A DNA stretch of 63,996 nucleotides, the filler included, from Sphacelaria rigidula (Eukaryota): the NCBI GenBank assembly GCA_964200075.2. It is 3 parts of 3 records of this genome, joined end to end, with 100 filler letters (N's around TTAATTAATTAA, not from the genome) between each part and the next. Parts side by side here need not be neighbours in the genome. Positions count along the whole stretch, not along the records: positions 43,019 to 63,996 come from CAXNAA020000476.1; 2 more parts are not named here. One strand, given 5' to 3'. Positions 63,743 to 63,996 of the stretch are shown here, piece by piece. Position 1 is the first letter of the stretch. Each line of letters opens with the position of its first letter. The position numbers were made by a program, and so were the translations under genes. Under the pieces are notes generated by a model. It worked only from the letters and a program-made list of their open reading frames with translations, did no database searches and was not told the DNA's origin.

Positions 63743-63996
63743 CATTCACGTGCGAGACTCGCCTTGAGTTCGTTTGGAAGTGCGACGCGCAACTGCGAAG
63801 TTCCACAGCAAGTGACTGCACAAAACCTACGGGATTTTGCTCACGCTTGATCGAATCGGGCTCGCCTTGTATCACACACAGAAGGACTCTAAAATTGAGG
63901 TGGGGGGGGGGGGGGGGGGGGGGGGCACGAAGGGAACGGGCCCCCGGTGAAAGGAGCGGGGGTGCAAAACCTGTTTTCAGGGGGGGGTTGTTTTTT

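Overview
Repeat-rich, intron-rich eukaryotic nuclear DNA (~50% GC). Splice-site style, a tRNA-derived SINE and a LINE C-terminus suggest a brown alga or related stramenopile; this is inference. Two 100-nt scaffold gaps (21418-21517, 42919-43018) split the window. Before gap 1 lie a multi-exon + strand hypothetical gene (~1171-11360), a convergent CDC50/LEM3 gene on the - strand (~11635-17630; core exons phase-consistent), and, head-to-head with it, the first exon of an SPX-domain gene (18036-18122) whose remainder is not visible. Between the gaps is a decayed - strand gene for a secreted Cys-rich protein with beta-prism/jacalin-like motifs (~21870-37666); its introns hold TEs and two long hairpins. 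After gap 2 are the 3' part of a + strand gene with a Sec63-domain end and a long disordered tail (HFM1/MER3-like, tentative; 43819-55082) and a second - strand pseudogene (56850-58228+). Mobile DNA includes three SINE copies with target-site duplications, a LINE 3' fragment, Stowaway-like and piggyBac-like MITEs, and foldback hairpins of 0.3-0.7 kb. The most interesting signals are the near loop-less hairpins (candidate miRNA/hpRNA loci), neighbouring genes with intact splice phases but in-frame stops, and a possible GA-AG intron in CDC50. All gene models were read by eye; no database search was run.
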